Made by a program: the position numbers and the translations under genes | Part shown: piece after piece, positions 55,164 through 64,000 of the stretch | Position numbering within the stretch: the first letter of the stretch is position 1 | How the letters are laid out: each line of letters starts with the position of its first letter | DNA from: Rhodospirillales bacterium | GTDB taxonomy: Bacteria; Pseudomonadota; Alphaproteobacteria; Bin95 | Direction: 5' to 3' | Assembly (NCBI GenBank): GCA_038143065.1 | Contig: JAYQLI010000050.1 | Span: forward strand, 2,386-66,385 | DNA: 64,000 bases | The notes under the pieces: model-generated | Seen by the model: only the letters and a program-made list of their open reading frames with translations | What the model was told of the DNA's origin: nothing | The model's database searches: none

Positions 55164-55179
55164 GACCGCTTTTGGGACC
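55164..55179. repeat. Right copy of the 16-bp direct repeat GACCGCTTTTGGGACC
   Basis: Exact repeat; homology to copy A resumes immediately after it. Confidence 0.6.
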
Positions 55180-55264
55180 ACTCGGTCAGATTTTGCTGTA
55201 TTTTGTCAAAGCTGGACAGGCAAAGAGGGTTGATCCGCCTCACAGTTAGACTCAAAACTATGAT

Positions 55265-55916
55265 ATGGACCCCAAGATGCCAAAACTCCCCGCCTATGTC
55301 TTTAGACGCCAGAACGGCTCGTATCGCTATAAAAGAAATGTTCCTAAAAAGCTTAGACCCCTGATTGGAAAGGATACGCTCTATCGGCAACTGGGGGAGA
55401 GCTACTCAGAGGCGATGAAGGCCCTTCCCAAAGTGCACTTGGAAATAGAGCAACTGTTTGCAGCAGAAGAGACGATGCCCTCCAATGAAAGAGCCCTGGC
55501 GTTTATCAGAGCAGCGCTGGGCGAGGAAGTTGCGGATATGGTCGTGGCTGGTCAAATCGTTGAATACAGCCAAGAAGACTATGCGCTTAATGAGCTAGCC
55601 CAAACGATTGCTGGCAAACTGCCACAGGAAGTGGTGAGGCAAGTCTACAACGGCAAGCTACAGTCGCCGCCCATGACACTGGATACAGCCTTAAGTGAAT
55701 ACGCAGCCTATAAAGCCGGGGAAGGTGTGAGAGATGAAGATGCTGCCCTGCGTATCAAGAAGCTGCGCAAAGACCTTAAAAGCAGCCTGGGAGAGCACAA
55801 GTTGGAAAAGGGTAGCCTGGCAGAGATTACCAGAGCAGATGCCAATGCCTTTCGGGACCACTTACTGGAGCGGATGAAGCCCAACTCGGTGCTGAGGAAT
55901 GTGGCCGTTGTAAAGG
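55265..55916 (+). pseudogene. Tyrosine integrase, copy B, 3'-truncated by an IS3 end
   Basis: In-frame N-terminal 217 codons matching copy A (MPKLPAYVFRRQNGSYRYKRNVPKK...NSVLRNVAVVK); homology stops at 55916. Confidence 0.8.
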
Positions 55917-56170
55917 TTGGGACACTAGTGAATCGCTTCCAGTCTCATCCTAGTCATTTGTCTTAGCCCCCCAGAACTGTAGCTGTATTTTTGGGCAAAG
56001 CGAGTACGGAAACATGGCTCGGAAGCGGCACGCTGATAAAGATGTATGAAGCTGTTGTGAAAGATTGATGTTCATTTGCACAATGGTTTGGATGTTATGA
56101 GTGCGTGTCGTAAAGCTGAGATTTTAGATAAGAGTAATTATTACTTGCGAAAACGAAATTGTTTCAAATG
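55917..56170 (+). mobile_element. Left end of an IS3-family element with an orfA remnant
   Basis: MARKRHADKD..LKLLREIDVHLHNGLDVMSACRKAEI.DKSNYYLRKR across frames from the ATG at 56014, the typical IS3 orfA HTH region; the element is itself truncated. Confidence 0.6.
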
Positions 56171-56289
56171 ATTATAAACTGCCGTTTTGGTAATAATGCT
56201 GTTAAGTATTTGTTATAATGCCGTTAACATTTGACTGTAGGGGTGGCATAGTAGGCATCTCGTCGAGGACTAGGCGTAACGCTGAAAAA

Positions 56290-56530
56290 GATAGGCGACC
56301 GCAAATCCGGCCCCCTACGCTGGAAAAGCCCCTCGGCATTCGAAATGAAAGCCGCATAAATGAGCACTTGAGGCGGCATATAAACGTTACAGGTCCACCG
56401 TGCGAGCTGTGATAAACTTGGCCATTAGTGAGTTTGGCTTAGCCATAATCAATCCATTCTCAAGCGTCTATTTTGATCGCTCTGAAGGAGTTCAGAGAAC
56501 AAGGCAGCATCTCTTGAGCTGTCACCGGTC
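56290..56530 (+). pseudogene. Internal fragment of a different tyrosine integrase
   Basis: RAVINLAISEFGLAIINPFSSVYFDR resembles the core-binding-domain segment LRNVAVVKAAVNYVITEHSLTIPNVF of the copy A integrase. Confidence 0.35.
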
Positions 56531-56546
56531 TGTTTTTAACATAATT

Positions 56547-57530
56547 CTACTTCAAAATGATTTCCAGCCCCATGATGAGGTTGGGTAGAAAAGGTCAAAA
56601 TCCAAGGCACGTAGGTTACCAAGATCAAGACAACAAAAGAGCGCCCAGAAATGGAAGCGCAGCCTTTATGACCGACATCATTGGCATGCCAGCAACGCCT
56701 GAAGTGACAAATGAATTTAACCCAACCGGTGGCGTGATCATACCAATTTCTACGTTAACAACCATAATGATGCCGAGGTGAATTGGATCAATGCCCAGTT
56801 CTACCGCAATTGGAAAAGACCAGTGGCGCGACAATCACAAGTAATCCTGAAGGCTCCATGAACTGCCCACCAATCAGCAGGGATGATGTTTACGACGATA
56901 AGGAACATAACCGGTCCGAAGCCCGCCGATAACATTGCATTAGCCACATGTTGTGGAACTTGTTCATCCGTCAGAACATGCTTAAGCGTGAGCGCGTTTG
57001 CGATTACAAATAAAGGGGTAACGGTGAGTTTGCCTGCTTCCAGCAGCGTGTGCTTTGTATCGGGATGAAAGAAAGCTGTCACCAGCGCCCAAGGCTGACG
57101 CCATAAAGAAGTGGTCCCTCTTGGACCCTCTAAATCGGCAGCGGAAAGATCGCGCGGGCCTTTTTCGGCAAGTGGACCCATATCTTTGTAGATAAAGTTG
57201 GCAATGAAGAATGCATAGACCGCAGCAATCGCGGCCGCTTCGGTTGGGGTGAATACCCCGCCATAGATACCGCCAAGGATAATCACGATTAAGAAAAGGC
57301 CCCAACCGGCTTCGCGTCCCGAGGCAAAAACCTCTCTCCATCCTTGCCATTCGCCTTTGCCATCACATAAATCGCGGTCATAAGCATAAAGCCAGCCAAA
57401 AGCCCCGGGATGGCGCCAGCGAGAAACATCCGTCCAACCGAAACTTTCACCGAAGCTGCATAGACAACCATCACGATAGAGGGTGGAATAAGAAGTCCCA
57501 GCGTACCTGCATTGCAGATCACAACTGCCT
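56547..57530 (-). pseudogene. TRAP transporter large permease (DctM family), 5'-truncated and frameshifted
   Basis: CNAGTLGLLIPPSIVMVVY, GGIYGGVFTPTEAAAIAAVYAF, IDPIHLGIIMVVNVEIGMITPPVGLN in three fragments. Confidence 0.7.
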
Positions 57531-58230
57531 TAAGCTTGGTTGTTTCGAAAATGATGAGGCTTAAGGCCCGATTGAAACCAATTTAAAAAACTAACAATTG
57601 AATAAACCGGTTTGCCTGTTGCTTTGAATATATCATGCGCATAGGGCGCTAAGTTTGTGCATTCTAATACGATTGCTCCAATCGTGGATCCAGAGCCGAC
57701 AAGCCGTGCTGCGCTGCAACATATCTCGTTTCGGCATGCCTCTATATCAATGTCATTTTTATCATTGAATATCATTTCGGCAAATACACCGTTTCGGGAA
57801 GCCCGGCAATCGCGGTGTCGGTACGCGCTCCACAGGCCGCCAAATGTTCTGGAGTAAGATTTTCCTCTGAAATTGTTAAAACGCCTGCCTCTTGCCCAGC
57901 GGGCAACATGGCTTCGATCATGGGAAGCTGCATCAAAGGCGAACTGGCGAAGGGTACGCCCAACGCGTCTTTCAACTCAGTTTGCATCAAACCCAGAAAT
58001 CCACAAGATGTGGTAAGTCCCGAACAGCCCTGTGAAATCAACTGATGGCCAGCCTTTATAAATTCAGGCAGTAAAAGGCGGGGGTCATGTTCGACCACCT
58101 GGCTTGCAGAAGCGCCGCGGACCACGCGCATATGCACAGGAAAATCCCACGTCTTTGTATGCCCGATATCCCCCAGCAGGCGGGGAAATTTTGTATCCAG
58201 CATGAGAATGCCGATCGCTGCCTGACCCAT
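57530..58230 (-). pseudogene. Asp/Glu/hydantoin racemase-family protein, one frameshift near 57775
   Basis: GILMLDTKFPRLLGDIG, GLTTSCGFLG (58230-57772) and GAIVLECTNLAPY (57775-57530). Confidence 0.55.
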
Positions 58231-58241
58231 CTATCCCCCCC

Positions 58242-59158
58242 TTACAGCCGCGTAATCACGTTATTTCCAGCACTATAGGGCTGAAGCCTCTCTAAGAGCA
58301 GTTCCAAGAATTCCTTTCCCACCTGTGACAAGGGCCGCGTTGCCGAAGTAATCACCGCCATTTCCATTTCTATGAGGGGATCAAAACGGCGCGTTACAAA
58401 GCGATCATCGGCGTCAAACTCTGACCCAAAGCGATCCACAAGCGCGATCCCCATATCCTCTTTCACAAAGGCTAGTAAATTCTTGAACAAATGAGAATGT
58501 ATGCGCGCATTCAAAGCAATACCAGCGGCGTCAAAGGCGTCTCTCAGGCGCCGTTGAGAAATATGGTCAGGCCCCATAATGACGAAGGGTTCATTTTGCA
58601 AAATCTGCGGGTTAAGGACATGATGCTGCGTTAGAGGGTTGTTTTTATTCAGCGCAATACGAGTTTCGACGCGCAACGGATATATATTCAATGCGTCGTA
58701 AAGCAGAGGCATTTCACAAATTCCAATTTCAAACAGCCCTGAAATGATCCATTCTTGATTTTTGCGCTGTATTGCGACTGAAACGAGATATTTATCTCAG
58801 GTTTGTCATGCGCAAATTCTGCAATGAGCTTAGGAATAAACCCAAATGACATAGAATGTTGAGAGGCCACCTGCAGATGGCCGATTTGTTTGTTTTGCAG
58901 ATCAACAACAGTTTGCACAACGTGATCAAGCCCGCGCACCACTGTTTCGATTTCACGATACATCAGTTGGGCTTCTGGAGTTGGTATCAAGCGGCCATGC
59001 ATACGTTCAAAAAGCGCAAAGCCAGTTTGGCGCTCTAATTCGGATAGAAGATTTGAAATGCCCGGTTGCGAAATCCCTAAAGCTTCCGCCGCGCCGGTAA
59101 CCGTGCCGCTTTCAACGGTTGCATGAAATGCTTGTAATTGTCTGAACCTAAGTCTCAT
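58242..59158 (-). pseudogene. LysR-family transcriptional regulator, one frameshift near 58700-58740
   Basis: MRLRFRQLQAFHATVESGTVTGAAEALGISQPGISNLLSELE (HTH), with the substrate-binding domain continuing in 58242-58712. Confidence 0.75.
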
Positions 59159-59170
59159 AAAATCTTTAAT

Positions 59171-59185
59171 ATCATTTTTTATGAT
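59171..59185. promoter_or_regulatory. LysR-type T-N11-A box ATCATTTTTTATGAT
   Basis: Dyad ATCAT/ATGAT in the divergent lysR and FAD-oxidoreductase intergenic region. Confidence 0.4.
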
Positions 59186-59261
59186 GTAGGTCCCACAATA
59201 TTTAATTTGAAGTGATACTTTTCTCATGTCACACTTTAGCGGCAAACGTGGATATTCTGGA

Positions 59262-60547
59262 ATGAACTCTGAACATATTATCGTGATAGGGGCAGGGATT
59301 GTCGGAGCGTCCTCTGCGATCTGGCTTCGGCGCGCCGGGTTTGATGTAACGCTTCTGGATAAGGGACGTCCGGGAATGGGGGCTTCATACGGCAATGGGT
59401 GTATCTTGGCGAATTCATCGGTGGTGCCTGTGACCGGGCCCGGCTTGGTGCGTAAAAGCCCATCTTACCTTGCTGATCCAAATTTTCCGCTTTTTATGCG
59501 TTGGAGCTATGTGCCCAAACTGCTGCCTTGGTTGATCAAATATTTATCTTTTGCCAATGAAAGCGATACGCGCCGTATCAGCCAAGGTCTTGCCACGATC
59601 GTTGGTGACAGCCTTGAACAGCACAAAGCGCTGACTGCGCAAACCAAGGCCGCAAAATGGGTGCAATCCAGCAATTACAGTTTTGCTTATGCGGATCGTG
59701 CCGCGTTTAACGCAGATGCCTTTGGATGGCAGCTTAGAGAGGAAGCTGGATTTATCCCTGACTTGATTGAAGGCCGAGCCGTCCAAGAAGAAGAGCCGAT
59801 CCTTGGATTTGGCACGCAATTATTAGCGGTTCTCAAAGACCATGGCTTCATCCTCAACCCCGGCTCTTATGTGCAAGATCTTGTTTCTGTTTTAAAAGAA
59901 TTGGGCGGAAAATTTATTCAAGCTGAGGTGAAAGATTTTGAGTTAAGCGGCGGTAAAATCACCGCCATAGATACAAATATCGGGCGGATGCATTGCGATA
60001 AAGCCATTATATCCTCGGGCATTTGGTCAAAACCTCTGATGCAAAAGCTGGGATTGAACGTACCCCTTGAAGCTGAGCGCGGCTATCATATTGTTTTTGA
60101 ACAACCCAGCCAAAAGCCCAATAACCCGATGATGCTAGCAGCCGGAAAATTCGTGGCCACTGCGATGGACCAAGGGCTGCGCTGCGCCGGTGTTGTCGAA
60201 TTTGGGGCCTGAGCGCGAAAAAATCGAAGGCCCCTCTGCAACTTCTGCGCCGCAAGGTGCAAGAGTTTTTTCCAAAACTTAGTTTTGCGTCTGAACAAGA
60301 ATGGCTAGGCTATCGGCCCGCTCCTACGGACAGCCTGCCTTTTATAGGAGAGCTTTCAGCCTCTGGCGTTTTTACAGCTTTTGGCCATCATCATATTGGA
60401 TTGACAGGCGGCCCCAAAACGGGTCGTCTGGTGGCTGATATGATTGCGGGACATCATCCCAATACCGATATTCGCCCCTTTGATCCAATGCGCTTCAAGC
60501 GGGGGCAAATAACCAAGACCATTCACAACCAAGGGAGAAAACAATGA
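59262..60547 (+). pseudogene. FAD-dependent oxidoreductase (D-amino-acid dehydrogenase / DAO family), single frameshift at a G-run near 60205
   Basis: IIVIGAGIVGASSAIWL (dinucleotide fold) ...AGVVEFG, then after a 1-nt shift LSAKKSKAPLQLL..., and 60257-60547 (GYRPAPTDSLPFIG, FGHHHIGLTGGPKTG). Confidence 0.75.
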
Positions 60548-61524
60548 CAATTATTACGAAAGTGATCAGCAACGCAGCTGCAAGCGTGGCGCTGGCAATC
60601 GTCGGCAGTGCCGCCTCGGCTGAAAAATGGGATATGCCCATGGCCTATGCCTCTTCAAACTTCCATTCAGAAATGGGTGTGGTTTTTGCGGATAAAGTGC
60701 GCGATTATACAAGCGGTGACATTGATATCACCGTTCATCCAGGCGGGTCTTTGTTTAAAGGCGGCGAGATCAAGCGCGCCGTGCAAACTGGGCAAGCCCC
60801 GATTGGCGAGCGGTTTATGTCGGCCCATGCCAATGAAGCACCCTTGCTGGGATGGGACAACCTGCCATTCATCGCAACAACATATGAACAAAACAACAGT
60901 CTTTGGGATGCCGCAAAAGATAAGGTGAATGCCCAGATCTTGATCTTAACCTTGTGGCGCTTTATACCTGCCCATGGCCGGGTCAGGGCTTTTATTTCAA
61001 AAAAGCTGTGTCCTCTTCAAAAGATACACAGGGCGTCAAATTCCGCTCATATAATACCGCAACGGCAACCTTTGCAGAAGAACTGGGCATGATCCCCGTG
61101 CAAGTGGAAGCAGCAGAGCTGAGCCAAGCATTGGCAACCGGTGTTGCAGAATCCTTCATCTCTTCAGGCTCAACTGGCTATGACCGTAAAGTTTGGGAGC
61201 ATCTGACGCATTACTATAAAGTCAATGCGTGGTTGCCGCGCAATTACGTGATGATCAACAAGGGCATTTGGGAAGGCTTGGGATCTGATATGCAAGCCAA
61301 TATCCAAAAAGCCGCGGATGAAACCGGAGCGGCATGTGCAGCGAAATCGGCGGAACTGGCCAATTGGTATTTTGAGCAGTTGAAGCCACGGCATGAAGGT
61401 TGAGGATGCAGGCCCCGAGTTCTTGGCCGAGTTAGAGGCGATTGGCGCGAAAATGACTGCAGATTGGCTGTCAGAAGTTGGTGCTGATGGCCAAGCCATC
61501 TTAGACGCCTACAACGCTAATTAA
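60544..61524 (+). pseudogene. TRAP transporter substrate-binding protein (DctP family), at least 2 frameshifts
   Basis: Signal peptide MTIITKVISNAAASVALAIVGSAASA, then KWDMPMAYASSNFH, ...FRSYNTATATFAEELGMIPVQV... and the tail ...AILDAYNAN in three frames. Confidence 0.7.
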
Positions 61525-61588
61525 GGCAGATAGCAGCAGCGGCCTTTGCAATGGCCGCTGTTGCGCATTTCTAAAAAAAGGAATTTCG

Positions 61589-62301
61589 ATGCGAGATTGG
61601 CAACCATTTTTGGGGCTGCCCTTATGGGTTTGGCTTTTCGTCTTTCCATCGCTCATTGCCCTCTTTTGTTTGTGGCAAGGCCCGAAAGCTGCTGTGCTTT
61701 TTGCACCTATTTGGCGATTTTTAGATAAATTATACAAAGCGGCTGGAGTGCTTGCAGCCTGTTTTATGGTGGTCATACTGCTCCTGATTATTGGTCAGAT
61801 GATTTCCCGCTGGGCAAATCTTACCTTTCCGGGCTCAACCGAATATGCTGGCTATGCGATGGCCGCCACTTCGTTCTTTGCTTTGGCCTATACGCTCACT
61901 CAGGGCGCGCATATTCGGGTCTCTGTTTTACTAAATCTCAATCGGCACACAAAGTTTTGGCTTGATGCGGCGGCAATGTTTATAGCTGCAATCACCGCCA
62001 CCTATTTTGCACGCTATGCGATCAAAACAAATATCGTATCCGAAATGCTAAATGATCGAACCCAAGGGCAAGATTTTGTGCCGGAATGGCTGCTGACGCT
62101 GGTGGCGATGTTTGGCAATTCACCCGCAAAATGGAGCGAGATGGGGCCAAAACCGGCTCGGACTGGGTCTACACGCCGGTCTGGCTTCCACAGCTTCCAA
62201 TGTCGATTGGCACAGTGCTTTTGGCGGTTGCGATTTGGGATTATTTGACCCGCCTGCTGGCGCTGCGTGAAACTCAAATTCACGGAGAAAGCCTGAAATG
62301 A
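61589..62301 (+). pseudogene. TRAP transporter small permease (DctQ family), frameshifted
   Basis: Hydrophobic 4-TM pattern (LDKLYKAAGVLAACFMVVILLLIIGQMISRW...) with the C-terminus in 62086-62301. Confidence 0.6.
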
Positions 62302-63606
62302 ACGAACTTTACGCCACAATAATATTTCTGTTTGTTTTATTCGCGCTGCTGGGCGGTTCTGTTTGGATCGGGCTAGCACTGATGGGGGTTGCTTGGGTGG
62401 GGATGGAGTTATTCACCTCTCGACCGGCGGGTGATGCGATGCTGACGACCATCTGGACTGGAGCTTCAAGCTGGACCTTAACCGCTTTGCCTCTCTTATA
62501 TATGGATGGAAATTCTTTACAGAACTCGATTATCACAGGATATGTTTCGCGGCTTGGCGCCTTGGATGCGGTTTTTACCCGGCGGTTTGCTGCATACCAA
62601 CATTGCGGGTTGTACGATTTTTGCGGCGGTATCGGGCTCTTCCGCAGCAACGCTTAACATGGTTCGGGAAAATGTCGATTCCTGAATTGCGTGAACGCGG
62701 ATATCCTGAGTTCATGATTATAGCACCTTGGCGGGCGCTGCTACGCTGGGCTTGATGATCCCGCCATCGCTCACGCTAATTGTCTATGGCGTGACAATCA
62801 ATGAAAGCATCACGGAAGCTTTTTATGGCGGTGTTTTCCCTGGGCTGGTTTTGGCAGGCCTTTTTATGCTGTATATTATGGCGTGGCACTTTATTTACAA
62901 AGAACAGCGTCCCGAACAGGAGCCTGCCATGCCGCTTGGCCAGCGCTTCAGCGAAAGCCGGTTTCTTTTGCCCTTATTTGGGCTTGTTTTTATCGTTATT
63001 GGATCGATGTATTTGGGCTATGCCACCGCGACCGAAGCGGCGGCCGTTGGCGTTTTTGGCGCCTTGGCGCTGTCTGCGATGCAAGGCTCACTTGGACTGG
63101 GCAACCTTCAGGACAGCCTGATGGCGCGACAAAAACTTCTGCGATGATTGCGTTTATCTTGATGGGCGCGGCATTTCTGTCCCTGTCAATGGGCTTTACA
63201 GGCCTGCCGCGTGCGCTTGCCGAAATGATTGACAGCTATAACCTGTCTCCGGTTGCCTTGATCGCCGTTTTAACGGTTTTTTATCTCATTTTGGGGATGT
63301 TTATGGATGGGCTTTCTTCGGTGGTGCTGACGATGGCGATCGTTGAACCGATGATCCGCGCGGCTGGAATAGATGGTTATCTGGTTCGGTATCTTCCTTG
63401 TTGTTGTGATCGAAACCGCGCAAGTCACGCCTCCGATCGGGTTCAACCTCTTTGTATTGCAAGGAATGACCCGTTATGAAATTGGCTATATTGCGAGAAC
63501 TGCGATCCCGATGGTTGGCCTTATGTTGCTGATGGTGATTTTTGCGATCTTTCCTGAATTGGCGACTTGGTTGCCCGAAAATATCCGCCAGGGCCCCAGC
63601 GGATAA
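62298..63606 (+). pseudogene. TRAP transporter large permease (DctM family), at least 4 frameshifts
   Basis: MNELYATIIFLFVLFALLGGSVWIGLALMG, ATLGLMIPPSLTLIVYG, GYATATEAAAVGVFGAL, ETAQVTPPIGFNLFV in successive frames. Confidence 0.75.
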
Positions 63607-63611
63607 GCCGG

Positions 63612-64000
63612 ATGCTCGGCACGCTTGGTCAATTGTCACGCCATGGGCGCTTTGTTCTTGTGGCAGGCTTATGCGCTGGTTTGGCGCTGCCTGAAGTTGC
63701 GATGGCGTTGCGCCCTTGGTTAAGCGAATTGGTGTTGCTTTTGCTTTTTATCACGGCATTTCGCGTTGGATTTCCGAATGCGTTGGCGGCTTTGCGCCAT
63801 CTTCGCGAGACAGCAAGGGTTGTGCTGGCCTACCAACTGGCCTTGCCTTTGCTTTGTATTTGTCTTTTGGCTTTTGGGGGATGGCAGATGCCCCCAATTG
63901 CCGTTGTGCTGACGCTGATGTTGGCAGCCCCCCCACTGACCGGAGCGCCAAACCTATCGGTGATGTTGGGGCATCCACCCGAACTTACTGCCTTCCGCCT
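63612..64000 (+). CDS. Membrane protein, possibly a BASS/AEC-type transporter; 5' part only (runs off the right edge)
   Basis: Open frame from the ATG at 63612: MLGTLGQLSRHGRFVLVAGLCAGLALPEVAMALRPWLSELVLLLLFITAFRVG...; hydrophobic; the family guess is weak. Confidence 0.35.
   Translation, partial: MLGTLGQLSRHGRFVLVAGLCAGLALPEVAMALRPWLSELVLLLLFITAFRVGFPNALAALRHLRETARVVLAYQLALPLLCICLLAFGGWQMPPIAVVLTLMLAAPPLTGAPNLSVMLGHPPELTAFR

Larger units (their letters stand above)
33635..55916. repeat. Segmental duplication, copy B
   Basis: Colinear with 7116-27593; carries one extra 1884-bp insertion (53280-55163) and lacks the 25105-25345 IS3 scrap; its right end is cut by an IS3 terminus at 55917. Confidence 0.9.

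Overview
No rRNA, tRNA or CRISPR array was found. The window looks like a gene-decay and rearrangement hotspot in an alphaproteobacterium-like genome; the taxon is inferred from gene content only.

**Overall structure.** A colinear segment of about 20 kb occurs twice, as copy A (7116-27593) and copy B (33635-55916). Each copy carries, in order:
- a high-GC C-P lyase cluster: DUF1045 on the plus strand, phnN-L-K-J, a HAD gene and phnI-H-G on the minus strand, and divergent phnF
- decayed acyltransferase and GDPD genes
- an IS5-family element
- a low-GC phosphonate uptake module (phnD-C-E-M)
- an IS3 remnant
- a pair of PlsC-like acyltransferases
- an AT-rich spacer
- a DnaA-box cluster
- a triplicated RNA-like repeat of about 154 nt
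- a PHP remnant
- a tyrosine integrase

**Identity between the copies is step-like:**
- The phnJKLN part is clearly diverged.
- The next 2.1 kb differs at only 7 sites.
- I found no difference over about 3.5 kb.
- Past the IS5 inverted repeat the copies are indel-rich again.

**Gene integrity.** As assembled, nearly every recognisable gene is frameshifted. The uninterrupted ones are phnN and phnK in copy A, two acyltransferases (22383-24148) and two ABC permeases (53344-55040). This is either real genome decay or an indel-prone assembly.

**Flanks.**
- Left: LacI-type operators, then PhyH, PanB-like and OYE/FAD oxidoreductase genes, EF-hand proteins and an ECF sigma factor.
- Right: IS3 and integrase debris, then a LysR, racemase, FAD-oxidoreductase and TRAP transporter cluster.

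**Most unusual signal.** The tandem hairpin module at 25756-26220 (repeated at 52163-52626) is capped by C(UUCG)G tetraloops and may be an undescribed structured RNA.

All product calls come from reading the translations; no database search was run.
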